A stretch of 41,579 bases of DNA, taken from the IMG/VR virus record IMGVR_UViG_2545824709_000014; one strand, written 5' to 3'. Made by a program: the position numbers and the translations under genes. This DNA is from a virus. Taxonomy: Duplodnaviria > Heunggongvirae > Uroviricota > Caudoviricetes. The first letter of the stretch is position 1, and every line of letters begins with the position of its first letter. A model generated the notes under the pieces. It saw only the letters and a list, made by a program, of their open reading frames with translations. It did not search any database and had not been told where the DNA came from. This document shows, piece after piece, positions 9,034 to 18,418 of this stretch.

Positions 9034-10952
9034 TATGCAAGCTCCTCGATAATACAAATTCCAGCAGCACCTTTCCCGCCCGTCATATTAGTTCCGCTAT
9101 AACCGGCATCGTATGCACCACCGCCACCTGAACCATATGCCTTACCGCTAACACCACCGCCAGCGCCTGCGCGTCCACCGCCTCCCCAGTACGATGCACC
9201 GCCTTTACCGCTGACGCCGATATTCCCGGACTGACCGTCGCCTCCATCTCCACCAGTGATGCGGGTATCGCCAATATTCGGTACGCCTCCGTAACCACCG
9301 TTTGTGTTTGTGATTCCTGGTTTTCCGGCACCTTCACCTCCTGGAGCAATTAACGATGAGAACGAGCTATCACCTCCCTTGTAACCCACTGACGCACCGA
9401 CACCGCCTCCACCGCCTGCACCGATAACGACAGGATAACTATTCTCTGTCAGGGTCATTGTTGAAATAATTGTTCCACCTGCTCCACCGCCTGCACCAAA
9501 AAACGTTTCGTTACTGGATGCTGCTTTGCATCCGCCCCCTCCGCCACCGCCGCCCGTTATTGTGACCCTGATCCGTTTTGTTCCTGGTGTCGGGGTGTAC
9601 GTACCTGATGACGTGAAAACCCGGGTATTCACCAAGCGTCCCACGTATCCGTTTGTAGCTCCCAAACCAAGATAATGAATAACCTCCTGTTTGCTTGTTT
9701 TAGCCAGAATATCCCGTCCAACATTAGTCAGGGTTGTCAGGCTGGCTGTATCATTCCCCGTAAAATACGGTAGTTTGTCTGCCGCAGTGGCAAGGCCTGC
9801 CAGTGCGGTCAGTGTGGCGTCGGCAGGTTGTTTTCCATTGGCAAGGTCATATACAGCCTTCACGGCTTTTGGTGTGGCAGCCTGCGTTTCTGACGTGCTG
9901 TTAGTGGCGCTGCTGAGTTGCACGGTGCCTTTTACCGTCAGTGAAGCTGCAGGCACATCCGTTATCTGGCTCCATGGGTGCGTGTGACTGACAGGTGCCT
10001 TACCTGCTGCAAGGTCATATGCCGCCTTCACTGCCTTTGGAGTGGCAGCCTGCGTTTCTGACGTGCTGTTAGTGGCGCTGCTGAGTTGCACGGTGCCTTT
10101 TACCGTCAGTGAAGCTGCAGGCACATCCGTTATCTGATTCCACGGGTGTGTGTGACTGACAGGAGCCTTACCTGCTGCAAGGTCATATGCCGCCTTCACT
10201 GCCTTTGGAGTGGCAGCCTGCGTTTCTGATGTGCTGTTAGTGGCGCTGCTGAGTTGCACAGTGCCTTTTACCGTCAGCGAGGCTGCAGGTACACCTGTTA
10301 TCTGATTCCACGGGTGTGTGTGACTGGCGGATGCTTTACCTGCTGCAAGATCATATGCAGCCTTTACAGCCTTCGGTGTTGCGGCCAGTATTTCGGATTC
10401 ACTGTTGGTCGCACTGCTTAACTGAGTAAAACCTTTTGCGGTCAGCGAGGCGTCCGGGTGACGTCGTGACTGTTCGTGCTCTGATATTTTGTCATCCACA
10501 TACTTGCGGGTTGCCAGCACTACGGCAGGGTCAATTTTCAGGGTGATATTGTCCATACTGCTGGTAATCAGCACCATGCGCACGGTCTGGGTGCGCCCGC
10601 TGCCTTCAGCCAGTTGCGGCTTATAGCTTTCCGGGCAGTTGCCCACGGCAATTAGTGCCCCGGATTCATCAAACAGGCCCACTTCACGTATCCACCAACC
10701 GCCCTCGTTTTCAGGGATCACCTGTTCAGCAATAATCTGGCTGCTGTTTTGCGGGTCGATATAGAGCATATTCAGCGCAGCCCGGCGTTTCTCATTTACC
10801 AGTGCCGTCTGCTTTGCGTCCGGCGTTGGCAATACTCCGCCGCCATCGCCCACCGCCATATGGGTAATTTTTAGCGGCACACCGAGCGCGGCGGCGCTGG
10901 CAAGTTTCGCCGCGCCAATATCCGTCAGCAGGGTATAAAATTTTGTGCTCAT
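9033..10952 (-). CDS. H: Tail fiber protein H with internal 56-aa tandem repeats and a glycine-rich C-terminal module
   Basis: 639 aa; conserved N-terminus MSTKFYTLLTDIGAAKLA...; repeats of AATPKAVKAAYDLAAGKAPVSHTHPWNQITDVPAASLTVKGTVQLSSATNSTSETQ; C-terminus with poly-Gly motifs. Confidence 0.85.
   Translation of the reverse strand: MSTKFYTLLTDIGAAKLASAAALGVPLKITHMAVGDGGGVLPTPDAKQTALVNEKRRAALNMLYIDPQNSSQIIAEQVIPENEGGWWIREVGLFDESGALIAVGNCPESYKPQLAEGSGRTQTVRMVLITSSMDNITLKIDPAVVLATRKYVDDKISEHEQSRRHPDASLTAKGFTQLSSATNSESEILAATPKAVKAAYDLAAGKASASHTHPWNQITGVPAASLTVKGTVQLSSATNSTSETQAATPKAVKAAYDLAAGKAPVSHTHPWNQITDVPAASLTVKGTVQLSSATNSTSETQAATPKAVKAAYDLAAGKAPVSHTHPWSQITDVPAASLTVKGTVQLSSATNSTSETQAATPKAVKAVYDLANGKQPADATLTALAGLATAADKLPYFTGNDTASLTTLTNVGRDILAKTSKQEVIHYLGLGATNGYVGRLVNTRVFTSSGTYTPTPGTKRIRVTITGGGGGGGGCKAASSNETFFGAGGGAGGTIISTMTLTENSYPVVIGAGGGGGVGASVGYKGGDSSFSSLIAPGGEGAGKPGITNTNGGYGGVPNIGDTRITGGDGGDGQSGNIGVSGKGGASYWGGGGRAGAGGGVSGKAYGSGGGGAYDAGYSGTNMTGGKGAAGICIIEELA
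9830..10440. repeat. Tandem 168-bp repeats (about 3.6 copies) inside H
   Basis: Near-identical units starting at about 9830, 9998, 10166 and 10334; the two middle copies are almost identical. Confidence 0.8.
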
Positions 10953-11554
10953 GGATTCACTCTCATTGTGTCAATAACATGGACCGCCCCGCCTTCATGC
11001 GCGGTGCCACCGGAAATAATCGTTTCGTTGATATACGGATAGATGGTGATTTCTTCGCCAAGATAGCTGGCGGCTCCCACCCAATACGGGCCGCTGGTCT
11101 GCAGATTGATGGACATGCCGATCATGTGGCGGCTACATGGTTTGGCATCGCTTATCAGTCGCTCAAGTTCCAGATAGGTATCTTCAGTGATGCCCTGGTC
11201 CTGCACGCCGATATCCAGGCGAAACGTGCCCGGTGCCTCTCCGGTTTGCCACCACTCAATAATGCGGATCAGAAAGCCGAACGGCTCCACCACCCGCCGC
11301 ACGGCACTGGTGGTCCCTTTATGCTGATGAATATAAAAAGCATCCTTCACCACCTGGCGCTTGACGCTTTCTGTCCAGCCTTCGTCCCAGCGATCCACAG
11401 AGAACGCCCAGGCGAGATAAGGCAGGAAGTTGACCGGGCAGGTAGCCGGATTCCACAAGTCACGCAGCGGCACCTGCAGATCAGAAATCCCGCTGCACGT
11501 TTGCGCCAGTCGGCGCTCCAGTGAAGTTGACCCCGATGGCAGCAGACTATTCAT
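10949..11554 (-). CDS. I: Baseplate assembly protein I
   Basis: 201 aa; synteny J-I-H; start overlaps the J stop. Confidence 0.75.
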   Translation of the reverse strand: MNSLLPSGSTSLERRLAQTCSGISDLQVPLRDLWNPATCPVNFLPYLAWAFSVDRWDEGWTESVKRQVVKDAFYIHQHKGTTSAVRRVVEPFGFLIRIIEWWQTGEAPGTFRLDIGVQDQGITEDTYLELERLISDAKPCSRHMIGMSINLQTSGPYWVGAASYLGEEITIYPYINETIISGGTAHEGGAVHVIDTMRVNP

Positions 11555-12455
11555 CCGTTCCCCCGTTGGTCACGCTCCACTCCGTACATGATGCCGCCTG
11601 CGTTTTGTTCAAAACCACATCCGCCAGCGGCGAAGCCAGCTCCACACGCTGCACACCCTCAACATGCAGGGCGGCAAAGATGGCGCTACGGCGAATATCC
11701 CGACCAAGCCGCGTCTGACTGGCGATGTATTTCTGCAGGCTGGCTTTTGCCGCTGCCATTACCGGCTCTGCTTCCGGCCCCGGATAGAGAAAAATGGTGG
11801 CTTCCACGCGATACGGGATGATTTCTGCGCTGCGAACCGTCAGACGGTCAGCCACCGGGCGAACGTTCTCACTGTTCAGAGCTTTTTCCACCACGTCCAG
11901 CAGGTCTTTTTCTGCTGTTCCGTCGCCTTCACGGCTTAGGACCGTTAGCACCACCTCTGCAGGTGCCGGGCTGGTTGCACTGGCATCCGCCACCCGACCG
12001 TCGGCGCTTCGGGCATGAAATTCATAAGCTGCGGTTGGCCCCGCAACCGAAAGCCCTTCAAAAGCCGCAGGCACACGCAGGCGTAACGCTTCATCGCTTT
12101 CCATCACAGCCGCAACGGGTGGCACAGCGTCATTATCAGCAGGCGTCACCGTCAGGCGTTTCACGTTGTAGTTGGCAGCGAGCTGGTCAAGATCGCCGCC
12201 CATCGCGTAAGCCACCATCACAGCATGCGCGGCTTCGTTAATGCGCTGGCGCAGAAGCAACTCACGGTAAGCGTTCTCCTGAAGCAATTTGGTGACGGGT
12301 TCAGATTCCAGTTCCAGCGTGCGGATCACTGCTTCCTGCTCATCTTTCGGATGAAGCGCAACAAATTCGGCCTTGCGTTCGGCAAGCAGCGTCTCAAAGT
12401 CCGGCACATCCACAATCTGCGGCGCAGGCAACTGCGAAAGGTCAATCACTGCCAT
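11547..12455 (-). CDS. J: Baseplate protein J
   Basis: Start placed at internal Met (MAVIDLSQLPAP...), a typical gpJ N-terminus; ORF track start is 12494. Confidence 0.75.
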   Translation of the reverse strand: MAVIDLSQLPAPQIVDVPDFETLLAERKAEFVALHPKDEQEAVIRTLELESEPVTKLLQENAYRELLLRQRINEAAHAVMVAYAMGGDLDQLAANYNVKRLTVTPADNDAVPPVAAVMESDEALRLRVPAAFEGLSVAGPTAAYEFHARSADGRVADASATSPAPAEVVLTVLSREGDGTAEKDLLDVVEKALNSENVRPVADRLTVRSAEIIPYRVEATIFLYPGPEAEPVMAAAKASLQKYIASQTRLGRDIRRSAIFAALHVEGVQRVELASPLADVVLNKTQAASCTEWSVTNGGTDE

Positions 12456-12801
12456 TCTCTGCTCCTGTTGATACGGAAAGGGAAACAGGCACACCGTTAT
12501 TACGCCGCCCGGTCAGCTCCACCACCATTGAACCGTCAAAATTGCTGTTAAGGGTGATGGAATCCAGCGTCAGTCGTGGCTCCCAGCGACTCAGCGCCAC
12601 ATACACTGCCGACATGACCTGCAGGCGTAATGCCGGATTTTGTGGCTGATCTATTAAAACCGACAGGAGGGAACCATATTCCCGGCGGGCAATGCGGCTA
12701 CCCTGCGGTGTCAGCAGAATGTCCCGCACCGACTGGCGCAGATGATCAATATCAGTAATGACTTTGCCGCTGGTATTGTTCATCCCGCTATAAAGCGTCA
12801 T
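12442..12801 (-). CDS. W: Baseplate wedge protein W
   Basis: 119 aa; synteny V-W-J. Confidence 0.75.
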   Translation of the reverse strand: MTLYSGMNNTSGKVITDIDHLRQSVRDILLTPQGSRIARREYGSLLSVLIDQPQNPALRLQVMSAVYVALSRWEPRLTLDSITLNSNFDGSMVVELTGRRNNGVPVSLSVSTGAENGSD

Positions 12802-13376
12802 ACCGGGCCTCCGGTTGTATCGCCGCCTTTCAGGACGCCAGTATGCTGATGCGCATCAACCACAATCCCGTTAGAACTCATCGCACCGCCGCCCTGGGTA
12901 ACGCCACCATTGATCACCACTTCGCTGTTAATACGCGTGCGGTCAGCCTCCAGTACAAACTCACTGGTTTTCAGGGTGATATTGTCGGCGGCCTCAATGA
13001 CCATTGATTTGATGCCCCTGACATACCAGCGCCCAGTGGCTGGTTCGTATTCAAACCAGCCACCGTCAGGATGTTCTGTCACGCAGGCGTCCGCCGACGT
13101 CGACGGTGGCGCGAACTGATTCGAATAGATGGCGGGTAACGCAAAGGCGGTTTCCAGATTGCCGCCCAGACTCAGCAGCACCACCTGCTCACCTTCTGAT
13201 GGTCGCCACCATGTGCGGGCATTCCCGGCACGCAGCGTCAGCCAGCTGATCCAGTTGGTTTCAAGCTCGCCCGTTTTCACCCGGCAAAGCCAGTTTTCCC
13301 TGTCCACTTCGGTGACTACCCCTGTGCGGATCAGGTTGGTGATAAGGCGCATGATTTCGGTTAATTGTGCGTTCAT
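12798..13376 (-). CDS. V: Baseplate spike protein V
   Basis: 192 aa; first gene of the V-W-J-I-H-G operon. Confidence 0.75.
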   Translation of the reverse strand: MNAQLTEIMRLITNLIRTGVVTEVDRENWLCRVKTGELETNWISWLTLRAGNARTWWRPSEGEQVVLLSLGGNLETAFALPAIYSNQFAPPSTSADACVTEHPDGGWFEYEPATGRWYVRGIKSMVIEAADNITLKTSEFVLEADRTRINSEVVINGGVTQGGGAMSSNGIVVDAHQHTGVLKGGDTTGGPV

Positions 13377-13422
13377 AGGGAAAGGTTGCCATCAGGGGAA
13401 GAAAGGCGGCAGTGCTGCAACT

Positions 13423-13440
13423 TGTATCAGTGCTGATACA
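13423..13440. promoter_or_regulatory. TGT-N12-ACA dyad (Ogr-type late promoter box) upstream of V
   Basis: TGTATCAGTGCTGATACA in the S-V intergenic region. Confidence 0.5.
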
Positions 13441-13444
13441 AAGA

Positions 13445-13891
13445 TCACCCCGCCAGCCATTGCAGAATCATGTCGCGAGTCATTGCCTCAACATCATCAT
13501 TTACACCCAGCAGGCGGCGCTCTGCGTAACGGACCTCCGGTCCTTTGCGACTGACGCGATCACGCAGGCCGTAATGGTGAACACGGGCAATACGCTGCAC
13601 CTTGCTTTCAAACTGTACGCTGGCAGAGTCGGCGCTGGCGGCAGTTTTCAGGTATTTTGTGGTGCGCAGCTTTGCAAACATCTGACGTTTGATGCGCCCC
13701 TTCTTGCTGCGTGCTGTTACCCTGCGCGGTTCATAACTGCTGCCATCTGGATTGCGCTGCATCCTGATATTCTGCTGCTGTGTCCGGCGCAGTTCCTGCG
13801 CCAGCTGGCGCATCATGCGGCTTCTTGCGACTGGTTCCAGATTCGCCAGTAAGGCACTAAGCCAGTCGTCCACCTTCTGCAGTTCAGCCAC
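13445..13891 (-). CDS. S: Tail completion protein S
   Basis: 148 aa; synteny R-S-V. Confidence 0.7.
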   Translation of the reverse strand: MAELQKVDDWLSALLANLEPVARSRMMRQLAQELRRTQQQNIRMQRNPDGSSYEPRRVTARSKKGRIKRQMFAKLRTTKYLKTAASADSASVQFESKVQRIARVHHYGLRDRVSRKGPEVRYAERRLLGVNDDVEAMTRDMILQWLAG

Positions 13892-14336
13892 GTTTCACCG
13901 TCCACATTTCTTCAGGTTCATCGGGTTCTGCTACAGCTTCAACGCTCGACACACTGCCGTCAGTGCTGACCAGCACACGTTCCGTCAGTTGCAGGTTAAG
14001 GCTGATATCACAGACATCGTTGCGCAGAATATCCACCTCAAAGGTAAATAGTTTTTCCCGTAACGCCGGGTTATTGATGGCATCGGGCTGGTTATCCCGC
14101 AGCCACAGCAAAACCGGGGCCATCAGCAGATTCTGGTCGCCGCTGAAATCCTCAATCACCGCGTTCAGGGTGTAACGGTACTCCCATGACATGGAGCTGG
14201 CCCCCGTGGCAACCAGCGAACCGTTATCCACAAACAGATGCAGTTTGTCCGGGTTATTGCGGACATAAGGCACCGCTTTATTGAGGGCGTGGCGCAGGGA
14301 TTGTGGTTTGTTCACTGTTTCGCTCCTGACACGCAA
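13884..14336 (-). CDS. R: Tail completion protein R
   Basis: 150 aa; synteny lysis cassette-R-S. Confidence 0.7.
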   Translation of the reverse strand: MRVRSETVNKPQSLRHALNKAVPYVRNNPDKLHLFVDNGSLVATGASSMSWEYRYTLNAVIEDFSGDQNLLMAPVLLWLRDNQPDAINNPALREKLFTFEVDILRNDVCDISLNLQLTERVLVSTDGSVSSVEAVAEPDEPEEMWTVKRG

Positions 14337-14568
14337 TAATCATGTCCACTTTGTCTGCACAGACCGCCCAGGCGGCCTCCGTTTCATCCAGCAACGCGTT
14401 CAGATCACCGTTAGTGCGCGGCGTTGCCTGATCCAGCCGACACGGCGTCACTCGCGGACAACCACTGACGGTAAGCTGTACCTCCGGTGAGTGCCGGACG
14501 TTCCCGCAGCCGGATAATGTCAGCAGGCAAAGGAGTATCAGCCCAGCGGCGTAAATCCTCGTTCTCAC
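14278..14568 (-). CDS. lysC: Outer-membrane lipoprotein spanin (LysC / Rz1-like), embedded in the lysB 3' region in another frame
   Basis: 96 aa; lipoprotein signal MRTRIYAAGLILLCLLTLSGC with lipobox LSGC; overlaps lysB. Confidence 0.7.
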   Translation of the reverse strand: MRTRIYAAGLILLCLLTLSGCGNVRHSPEVQLTVSGCPRVTPCRLDQATPRTNGDLNALLDETEAAWAVCADKVDMIIACQERNSEQTTIPAPRPQ

Positions 14569-14839
14569 GTTTCAGTTCCTCGATCCGGTGTTGTCGTTGT
14601 CTCAGCAGTGCGCTGGTCTGTTCTGCTTCGGCATAGAGCCGCGCCTGCTCCCGGTTATTGGTTTCAGTCAGAATGGACAGGCTGATAAGCTGGCTGTTGC
14701 TCTTTGCCAGTGCCTGGCTTTTGCTCTGCAGCTCGTCTGCCTGCGTGCTGATGGTCTGGCTGGCATCAGCCAGCCGCCACGTCTGCCAGCCCAGCGCCGC
14801 CAGTAATAACGCCAGCACAACCAGCAGCAACCTGTTCAT
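14411..14839 (-). CDS. lysB: Inner-membrane spanin (LysB / Rz-like)
   Basis: 142 aa; N-terminal TM segment LLLVVLALLLAALGW followed by coiled-coil region. Confidence 0.7.
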   Translation of the reverse strand: MNRLLLVVLALLLAALGWQTWRLADASQTISTQADELQSKSQALAKSNSQLISLSILTETNNREQARLYAEAEQTSALLRQRQHRIEELKRENEDLRRWADTPLPADIIRLRERPALTGGTAYRQWLSASDAVSAGSGNAAH

Positions 14840-15213
14840 GCTGCTACCTGTTGCGCCATCTGATTACGGGTGATCCAGAAGGCAATAACGGTCAGTAGAT
14901 AAAAGACCAGGGTAATAGCCCACCCCGTCCAGGCGAGACTTACGACAATCAGCAATCGCATCACCCAGCTGATAAATACGTTTTCTTTTCGGGTAATGGT
15001 CTTCAGCAAAGATGCCCTCAACTCCTGCCAGAGCGGGCCATTCTTAATTAACGCAGCCAGTGCTACCGGAATTACCGCCCATGTCAGCAGACAGGCTACC
15101 CAAACGCCGGACGCTGCCAGTACCGGAAAAATCCCCTGCGGATACACCATTGCTTCGATTAACAGCGCCATCCATAACATCAGAAACAGCCCGCTGATTA
15201 ATTTCTTTTTCAT
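14836..15213 (-). CDS. lysA: Lysis regulatory membrane protein LysA
   Basis: Polytopic membrane protein; start placed at internal Met (MKKKLISG...) abutting the K stop; ORF track start is 15285. Confidence 0.6.
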   Translation of the reverse strand: MKKKLISGLFLMLWMALLIEAMVYPQGIFPVLAASGVWVACLLTWAVIPVALAALIKNGPLWQELRASLLKTITRKENVFISWVMRLLIVVSLAWTGWAITLVFYLLTVIAFWITRNQMAQQVAA

Positions 15214-15214
15214 T

Positions 15215-15727
15215 TCAGTTTGCTCCCTGTAAGCACCAGGCCATCTCCCGCGCACGGCGGTTATCCAGCCCCTGATTAAAAACACCTTTCACATAAACCC
15301 AGCGCGGCAACTGTCGGCACGCATCCGCCCAGCGCCGCTGATTGAGCAATTTCACCAGCGTGGAACTGCAGGCATTGCCCGTTCCCACGTTGAAGGCAAA
15401 CGACACCACCGCGTCATACACCTTCTGCGGCGGCTGTTGCTTCACACACCTTTCCAGCGCCCGCTCCACACGCAGCACGTTGGAGATCAGCCCTTCCGCT
15501 GCCTGTCGTTCCGTAATGGTTTTGCCGGGAATGACGCCCGACGTATTACCAATGCCGTCAGTCCATACACCCGCACTACACTGATACGGCTGTAGACGAC
15601 AGCCTTCGTAATCGGCAATCAGTTTCAGCCCCTCCACGGAGGTGTGAAGCTGCTGAAAACCCGGCAGCGAGGCAGCAATAGCCAGCACGGTCCCGACAAG
15701 GCAGCGTTTAACGATTGATGGATTCAT
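15215..15727 (-). CDS. K: Endolysin K (lysozyme family, probable signal-anchor-release type)
   Basis: 170 aa; N-terminal hydrophobic segment LVGTVLAIAASLPG then LIADYEGCRLQPY...GVWTDGIG, a lysozyme-type motif. Confidence 0.75.
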   Translation of the reverse strand: MNPSIVKRCLVGTVLAIAASLPGFQQLHTSVEGLKLIADYEGCRLQPYQCSAGVWTDGIGNTSGVIPGKTITERQAAEGLISNVLRVERALERCVKQQPPQKVYDAVVSFAFNVGTGNACSSTLVKLLNQRRWADACRQLPRWVYVKGVFNQGLDNRRAREMAWCLQGAN

Positions 15728-15923
15728 AGTCCTCCCGCGAGATCTGCCCGTCGCGCAGAAGCTGGTAGGCTTTGTGTTTGTAGTACCAGTTGATAGCCAG
15801 CATCAGCACACCAATCATCAGGCCGCCCAGCGTTGAGGCATCCTTGATGGACAAATCGCCCAGCCAGGCCAGCACGACGGCGATGCAATACGTGATAAAA
15901 GCGCTGATTCGCTCAAGCGTCAT
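15708..15923 (-). CDS. Y: Holin Y
   Basis: 71 aa small membrane protein directly upstream of the endolysin. Confidence 0.65.
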   Translation of the reverse strand: MTLERISAFITYCIAVVLAWLGDLSIKDASTLGGLMIGVLMLAINWYYKHKAYQLLRDGQISREDYESINR

Positions 15924-15926
15924 AAT

Positions 15927-16130
15927 TCAGTCCCATAGCTGGACGGTCTGCACGGTGGTGGTTGTCGGTATGTCCGGCAGCTCCACCTGCAGCCCGTGAG
16001 GTAAAAAGGGGCCGTATTCGGCAAGCCCCGGATTTGCCTTCAGTACCTGCTCCGTGACACCCTGCGTGCGCCCGTAATGACGCCAGCAAAGTGCGTCCAC
16101 CGTGTCATACTGATGCGCACGCACTTTCAT
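15927..16130 (-). CDS. X: Tail protein X
   Basis: 67 aa; position between L and Y as in P2. Confidence 0.7.
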   Translation of the reverse strand: MKVRAHQYDTVDALCWRHYGRTQGVTEQVLKANPGLAEYGPFLPHGLQVELPDIPTTTTVQTVQLWD

Positions 16131-16657
16131 CAGATAAGCTCCACTGTGCAGTGCGGCGCATCCTGTACCCGGCTGATGGCCCAGCGGGCATCACGCCACA
16201 AATCACCGCTTGCTTCCGCCAGTTCCTCGCCCCGCTTCACACCGGATGCCGTAGCGTCATAGTCCTGATAACGCTCGTTGAGCATGGCGCGTGCCCAGCA
16301 GTAAACCGCGTTGAAATAGTGATGAATGCGCTCACTTTTGCCCTCCAGCTGTTCCGCCGGAACCTCTGCCAGCGAGGCATATCCCAGCATCTGCTGACGT
16401 CTGCGAAACTCATACAGCTCTGCGTTGACCTCCGAAATTGCCGACAGCGCAACCTGCTTTAAACGCGGCTGCGTCACTGTGCCGTCAGTGCGCATGACAC
16501 TGCGAAACTCCGACAGGTCCACATCAGGCCAGAACGGCGTATTTCTGATGATTTCCGCCTGTTCCGGTGCCTGTTCTGGCGCAACAAACTTCATGCTGCT
16601 TTCTCCTGAAATAAAGGGCGGTGGACGGGGTTTTGATGTGGCAGTGCCTTTCGCCAC
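16130..16657 (-). CDS. L: Head completion protein L
   Basis: Synteny M-L-X; the true start may be the internal Met near 16594. Confidence 0.7.
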   Translation of the reverse strand: MAKGTATSKPRPPPFISGESSMKFVAPEQAPEQAEIIRNTPFWPDVDLSEFRSVMRTDGTVTQPRLKQVALSAISEVNAELYEFRRRQQMLGYASLAEVPAEQLEGKSERIHHYFNAVYCWARAMLNERYQDYDATASGVKRGEELAEASGDLWRDARWAISRVQDAPHCTVELI

Positions 16658-16689
16658 CCCGTGCCGCCCGTGCGCGGGGGCACGTTCTG

Positions 16690-17340
16690 TCAGCGGCTGT
16701 CATTGCGCAGTCTGCGCTCCAGCTGCTGTTTGTCTTTTTTCACGCCACAGCGGGGATCGAGCTGTAACGCATGGTTGAGATGATTAAGGGCGGAAGCCGG
16801 ATTGCTTTCACTCAGGACAGCGCCAATCGCTTTATGCAGACGCGCCCGTGACTGGTCCGGCATATCCAGACCGTCTGTCAGCTCCAGCGTCTGCAGCAAC
16901 AGATCGGCATCAAAGCCGGTGGCGGCAAGCATTGCGCTCTGCGCTGCATCTGCCATTTCCTCTGCCAGCACGGTCTGCACGTTGCGGTTACCCAGCGGCA
17001 TCACCCAGCCATGACGCAGGGCATGACGCCCTATCTCCAGCGCCCCGGCATAATCTCCGGCATCAATGCGCCACAGCATCACGTACATCAGCACGTCATC
17101 CTGTTGAGCGCCTCCGGCAGCCAGGACGCCCTCCGCCCAGGCGGCATATTTCGGCAGCAGCTCCACCTTTATTTCCGCTTTTTTCACCGTGGACTGAACG
17201 CCCTTGAGACGGCGGCGGTCTTCCGCCAGCTGCAGCAGCATCAGGTCATAGCCCGACGCGTGGCGAACACTGCCGCCCTCACGGGCGGCCTGTTCAGCCT
17301 GAACGCGCAGGCGATGCTGCCGTGCGGGACTCAGGCTCAT
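16690..17340 (-). CDS. M: Terminase endonuclease (small) subunit M
   Basis: 216 aa; synteny N-M-L. Confidence 0.7.
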   Translation of the reverse strand: MSLSPARQHRLRVQAEQAAREGGSVRHASGYDLMLLQLAEDRRRLKGVQSTVKKAEIKVELLPKYAAWAEGVLAAGGAQQDDVLMYVMLWRIDAGDYAGALEIGRHALRHGWVMPLGNRNVQTVLAEEMADAAQSAMLAATGFDADLLLQTLELTDGLDMPDQSRARLHKAIGAVLSESNPASALNHLNHALQLDPRCGVKKDKQQLERRLRNDSR

Positions 17341-17343
17341 GGT

Positions 17344-18402
17344 TTACGCTCCGGCTTCTGCTGCGGCGGCGCTGAAATCACCAATCTGGATGTTTTCCAC
17401 CAGTGCGGCGCAGCGGTAGTCCTCAACCACATAGGCTTCATTAACGGATTCAAAGTTTTCAATCCGGTCACGTTTCGGGTTGTCGATAACTGAACGGCGG
17501 CGGGTGTCTTCCTGCCAGTAGATGGACAAGTTATCCAGACGGGTGATCAGCAGTGCATTCGGCGGGAAGAACGGCGCACGCACGGCCTGCAGGCCACCCA
17601 TGCGTTTCTGACTGATGATCATATCGGCAGCGAGTTTTTCACTGTTTTCCTGCTCTTTGTTGACCAGTGGGAAATACTTGTCAGACAACAGTTCACGACC
17701 GCAAATCACCACCAGATCGTCATCGTCCTGGTAGACCACGTCGATAAGCTCATTGACGGCATCCATCACCACGGCGTCCAGGTTGGCATATTCGCCACCT
17801 TTACCGACTTTCACCGCGCCCGGTGTGGTTTCACCGCCTGTGGTGGTGCTGCCCATGACGTGATCCGGTGCATCCTCACGGATTTTCTGCAGCCAGCCTT
17901 TGTTCACATCCTGCAGCAGCGGGTTTTCACTACGGTTGGAGGTTTTCGCACGCTTCACGCCGTTAAAGCCGATCATGATGCGGTCCAGTGCCTGACGTTT
18001 CACGATGGCGTCACGGATACGCACCTGGAAATCCTGAAATTTCGCCCACAGGTCCAGCTTCGCGTAGGTCAGCACCGTGTCAAAGTTGGTCTGCTCGCAT
18101 TTGTATTCCACATCGACCATCAGCGTCGGATCGACAGGTTCACGCTCTTTCGCGGTGGTATCAGTGGTTCCGGCAATGGTGCTGCCAACACCCAACCCCA
18201 GCAGCTGACCGGACTGCTCAGTCACTGGCGTGACGTTAATCAGCGTCAGGAAAGCGGCGGACTGCTGGATCTGGTCTTCCAGCGTCTGCTGTACAGACGG
18301 CTCCACGGTGAACTTGCTGGACAGTTCTTCAACTGCCACACCGTTCAGACGCGCCAGCTGCTGCAGGTAAGCGTTAAAAGCAAAGCGGGTATTCTTCTTC
18401 AT
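17344..18402 (-). CDS. N: Major capsid protein N
   Basis: 352 aa; synteny O-N-M; size as P2 gpN. Confidence 0.8.
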   Translation of the reverse strand: MKKNTRFAFNAYLQQLARLNGVAVEELSSKFTVEPSVQQTLEDQIQQSAAFLTLINVTPVTEQSGQLLGLGVGSTIAGTTDTTAKEREPVDPTLMVDVEYKCEQTNFDTVLTYAKLDLWAKFQDFQVRIRDAIVKRQALDRIMIGFNGVKRAKTSNRSENPLLQDVNKGWLQKIREDAPDHVMGSTTTGGETTPGAVKVGKGGEYANLDAVVMDAVNELIDVVYQDDDDLVVICGRELLSDKYFPLVNKEQENSEKLAADMIISQKRMGGLQAVRAPFFPPNALLITRLDNLSIYWQEDTRRRSVIDNPKRDRIENFESVNEAYVVEDYRCAALVENIQIGDFSAAAAEAGA

Positions 18403-18418
18403 CAGGTTTTGTGCTCCA

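Noticed and set aside
9830-10440. Possible CRISPR-like repeat array
   Set aside because: The repeats are 168 bp, contiguous with no spacers, and in frame within the tail fiber gene; they are coding tandem repeats, not a CRISPR array.
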